DNA from: an uncultured Methanomicrobiales archaeon
GTDB lineage: Archaea; Halobacteriota; Methanomicrobia; Methanomicrobiales; Methanospirillaceae
Length of the DNA stretch: 64,000 bases
Direction: 5' to 3'
Assembly (NCBI GenBank): GCA_963758915.1
Contig: CAVWXH010000009.1
Span: 32,001 to 96,000 of the forward strand
Each line of letters starts with the position of its first letter. The stretch's first letter is position 1. This document shows, one piece after another, positions 61,588 through 64,000 of the stretch. Made by a program: the position numbers and the translations under genes. The notes beneath the pieces are model-generated. The model did no database searches. It worked only from the letters and a program-made list of their open reading frames with translations, and was not told the origin of the DNA.

Positions 61588-61669
61588 GCCTTTTGAGGGT
61601 TAAAAAACACAAATGCCCGGCTATATTGACACCCCCTGACATCTGTAGTATAGATCAAGGGGGTATTCT

Positions 61670-61835
61670 GAAAAACTATTCAGGTGAACCCTGCCCACAG
61701 AATAGTTAGGGGGGGCAGGGGGTCAACCCCCCCTGTCTAGCGTTGCTTCGCTTTCCACAACATACTGCAGGATATCAACAGGGCAAATAACTACAGGAAT
61801 ACCCGGTTTTGTTGAAACACTTCAAATTGGAATTT
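61670..61835 (+). repeat. Degenerate right half of the MITE-like repeat plus a lone TIR
   Basis: gaaccctgccc..ggggcagggggtcaacccccc..gatatcaacagggc; GGTTTTGTTGAAACAC at 61805. Confidence 0.6.
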
Positions 61836-61856
61836 GTTTGTCATAAAAGAGATGGA

Positions 61857-63338
61857 TTACCTTTTTCTGGTCCCGCTTAATGAACCGAACATTCCCCGGA
61901 TAATTTCACGGCCGATCTGGCTCCCGATGACAACGGCTGCACCCTTTGCCGCCTTGCCGATGAGATCGCCCGTGCCTGACTGCCTGCCAGATGAAGGTGA
62001 TTTTCTTGGAGTTTCCCTTGATTTTTCTGCAATTTCTGGCGGAACTGTTTTTTCTGCCCTGGATTTTAATTGTTCGTACGCAGACTCCCGGTCAACAATA
62101 GTAGCATATTGTGCATGGAATGGTGAATTCCTGATGACCTGGTTACGTTCATCAGGGGTGAGCGGGGCCATCCTGCTGTGGGGGGGATAGATAAGCGCCC
62201 GTTCGACGACCATGGGTCTCCCCTGGCTATCCAGCATCGAGACCAGCGCTTCCCCGATCCGTAGTTCCATGATTGCGTTAGCGGTGTCAAACGCCGGGTT
62301 TGCACGTAACGTCTGGGCGGCACCCTTTACATTTTTCTGGTCTTTCGGGGTGAAGGCACGGAGCGCATGATGCACACGGTTCCCGAGCTGGCCGAGGACT
62401 GCATCAGGGAGATCCAGGGGGTTTTGCGTGACAAAAAATACCCCGATCCCTTTGGAGCGGATCAACCTGACTACCTGTGTAATCCGTTCCTTCAGCATAT
62501 CAGGTGTGTCCTGGAAGAGCAGGTGGGCCTCGTCGAAAAAAAAGACCAGTTTTGGCTTCGGGGGATCGCCTGCTTCGGGGAATTTTTCGAACAGTTCCGA
62601 CAGGAGCCAGAGCAGGAGCGTCGCATAGACTTTCGGTGACTGCATCAGTCTGTCAGCTGCAAGGATATTGATCATCCCCCTGCCGGAGGGATCGGCCCTG
62701 GAAAAGTCCATGATGTTTAATGCCGGCTCACCAAAAAAGCGGTCACCACCCTGCTGTTCAAGGGTCAGCAGGCCCCTCTGTATTGCACCGATGCTTGCCG
62801 TTGATATATTTCCATACTGTGTCCGGAGGTCTTTTGCATGATCACCACAGTACTGGCAGATCGCCCTGAGATCTTTTAAGTCCAGCAATAAAAGGCCCTG
62901 GTCATCCGCAATTTTGAAAAGCATGGTCAATACATCTGACTGGATGTCACTCAGATCCAGGATCCGTGCCAGGAGCAATGGACCCATCTCCGAGACCGTC
63001 GTCCGCACGGGATGGCCAAGCTCCCCATAAACGTCCCAGAACGTGACAGGATAACCTTCGTAGGAAAAACCAGGAAGACCGACCTCTGCTGCCCGGTCGG
63101 TGATCTTCGGATTATCCCCGCCCGCCATAACTATACCGGAAAGGTCGCCCTTAATATCTGCCAAAAAGACAGGGACTCCCATGCTGCTGAAATTTTCCGC
63201 AAGGACACGCAGGGTGACGGTTTTACCCGTGCCGGTTGCCCCCGCAACCAGGCCATGGCGGTTCGCCATCCCGGGCAGCATATTGACTATCTCCCGCCCT
63301 TTTGCAATGGGAACGGGCGAAACAGTATCGGTCATCAC
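61857..63338 (-). CDS. HerA-like ATPase, DUF853/YjgR family
   Basis: [48 protein letters not shown]. Confidence 0.92.
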   Translation of the reverse strand: MMTDTVSPVPIAKGREIVNMLPGMANRHGLVAGATGTGKTVTLRVLAENFSSMGVPVFLADIKGDLSGIVMAGGDNPKITDRAAEVGLPGFSYEGYPVTFWDVYGELGHPVRTTVSEMGPLLLARILDLSDIQSDVLTMLFKIADDQGLLLLDLKDLRAICQYCGDHAKDLRTQYGNISTASIGAIQRGLLTLEQQGGDRFFGEPALNIMDFSRADPSGRGMINILAADRLMQSPKVYATLLLWLLSELFEKFPEAGDPPKPKLVFFFDEAHLLFQDTPDMLKERITQVVRLIRSKGIGVFFVTQNPLDLPDAVLGQLGNRVHHALRAFTPKDQKNVKGAAQTLRANPAFDTANAIMELRIGEALVSMLDSQGRPMVVERALIYPPHSRMAPLTPDERNQVIRNSPFHAQYATIVDRESAYEQLKSRAEKTVPPEIAEKSRETPRKSPSSGRQSGTGDLIGKAAKGAAVVIGSQIGREIIRGMFGSLSGTRKR

Positions 63339-63589
63339 AATCCGTCTCCAATATAGTGTCTGGTAAGATATGGTTCATTCGGTCACGGCTTTTTCAGCAA
63401 GACTTTTTTTATAAACAGCAACTCGGGAAAGAGTTCTTGTGCACTCCGCGGGGAATTCCCCCACCTCACGGTTCAGTGCCATCACGCTAAGCAGGTTTCC
63501 CTTCAATTTCATTCGCGGAGCGTAACGATCTCATAGTCATACCCGGCAAAACCTCTATCGTATTCTGCAACAGAATTGATGATCAGGAT

Positions 63590-64000
63590 ATGCAGGACTG
63601 TCCGGTTATACTGGTCCATGGCTGGAAGAGCCACCCGGGGATCTGGAAAAATCTTATTCCAAGACTTTCAGAGGAAGATATTCCATTCTGGAACTTTGAT
63701 CACGTGGCGATGGATGATACATCACTCGGGGAGATAGCGACGGGTCTGCAGCATTATATCCATTCGGTGAGAGAGGAGACCGGTTACTCAGGGAACCTCG
63801 ATATTGTCTGCCATTCCATGGGGACCTGCATCGCCCGGTACCTGCTTGAAGTGGTTGACGGAAAGGAAAAACAGGAGAAGGTACGGCAGCTTATCGGTAT
63901 CGGGCCACCGAATAATGGTTCAGCTATGGCGGAGCTGTTCAATCACCCTGACCATGGCCCGAAGGTTATCAATACCCTGACCGGAGTCTTTGTGCCGGAA
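63590..64000 (+). CDS. Alpha/beta hydrolase (lipase/esterase-like), 3' truncated by window
   Basis: Manual translation: PVILVHGW, DIVCHSMG nucleophile elbow, GPPNNGS. Confidence 0.85.
   Translation, partial: MQDCPVILVHGWKSHPGIWKNLIPRLSEEDIPFWNFDHVAMDDTSLGEIATGLQHYIHSVREETGYSGNLDIVCHSMGTCIARYLLEVVDGKEKQEKVRQLIGIGPPNNGSAMAELFNHPDHGPKVINTLTGVFVPE

Noticed and set aside
1-64000. tRNA, rRNA, intein, integrase or provirus
   Set aside because: No cloverleaf/T-loop patterns, intein motifs, integrase or capsid genes were seen.

Overview
Gene-dense core-genome window from a methanogenic archaeon, most likely Methanomicrobiales (methanogenesis marker 8, mfnB, archaellins, class III RNR with NrdH, archaeal CCA-adding enzyme). 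It holds about 65 CDSs for housekeeping, redox defence, transport and the cell surface. I found no tRNA, rRNA, CRISPR array, transposase or prophage. Most notable: (1) a dense family of non-autonomous, multi-hairpin repeats of 250-370 bp (about 14 full or partial segments, roughly 2.5 kb), with IS903-like TIRs (GGCTTTGTTGAAAC) and one perfect 9-bp target duplication, almost always just downstream of gene 3' ends; (2) an otherwise intact NrdD that lacks its C-terminal Zn-ribbon/glycyl-radical domain, implying a split enzyme; (3) several genes that appear to start at CTG/ATA codons behind good Shine-Dalgarno sites, forced in the case of tmk; (4) three single-base frameshifts that may be real or assembly errors. 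All calls come from reading the sequence by eye; no searches were run.
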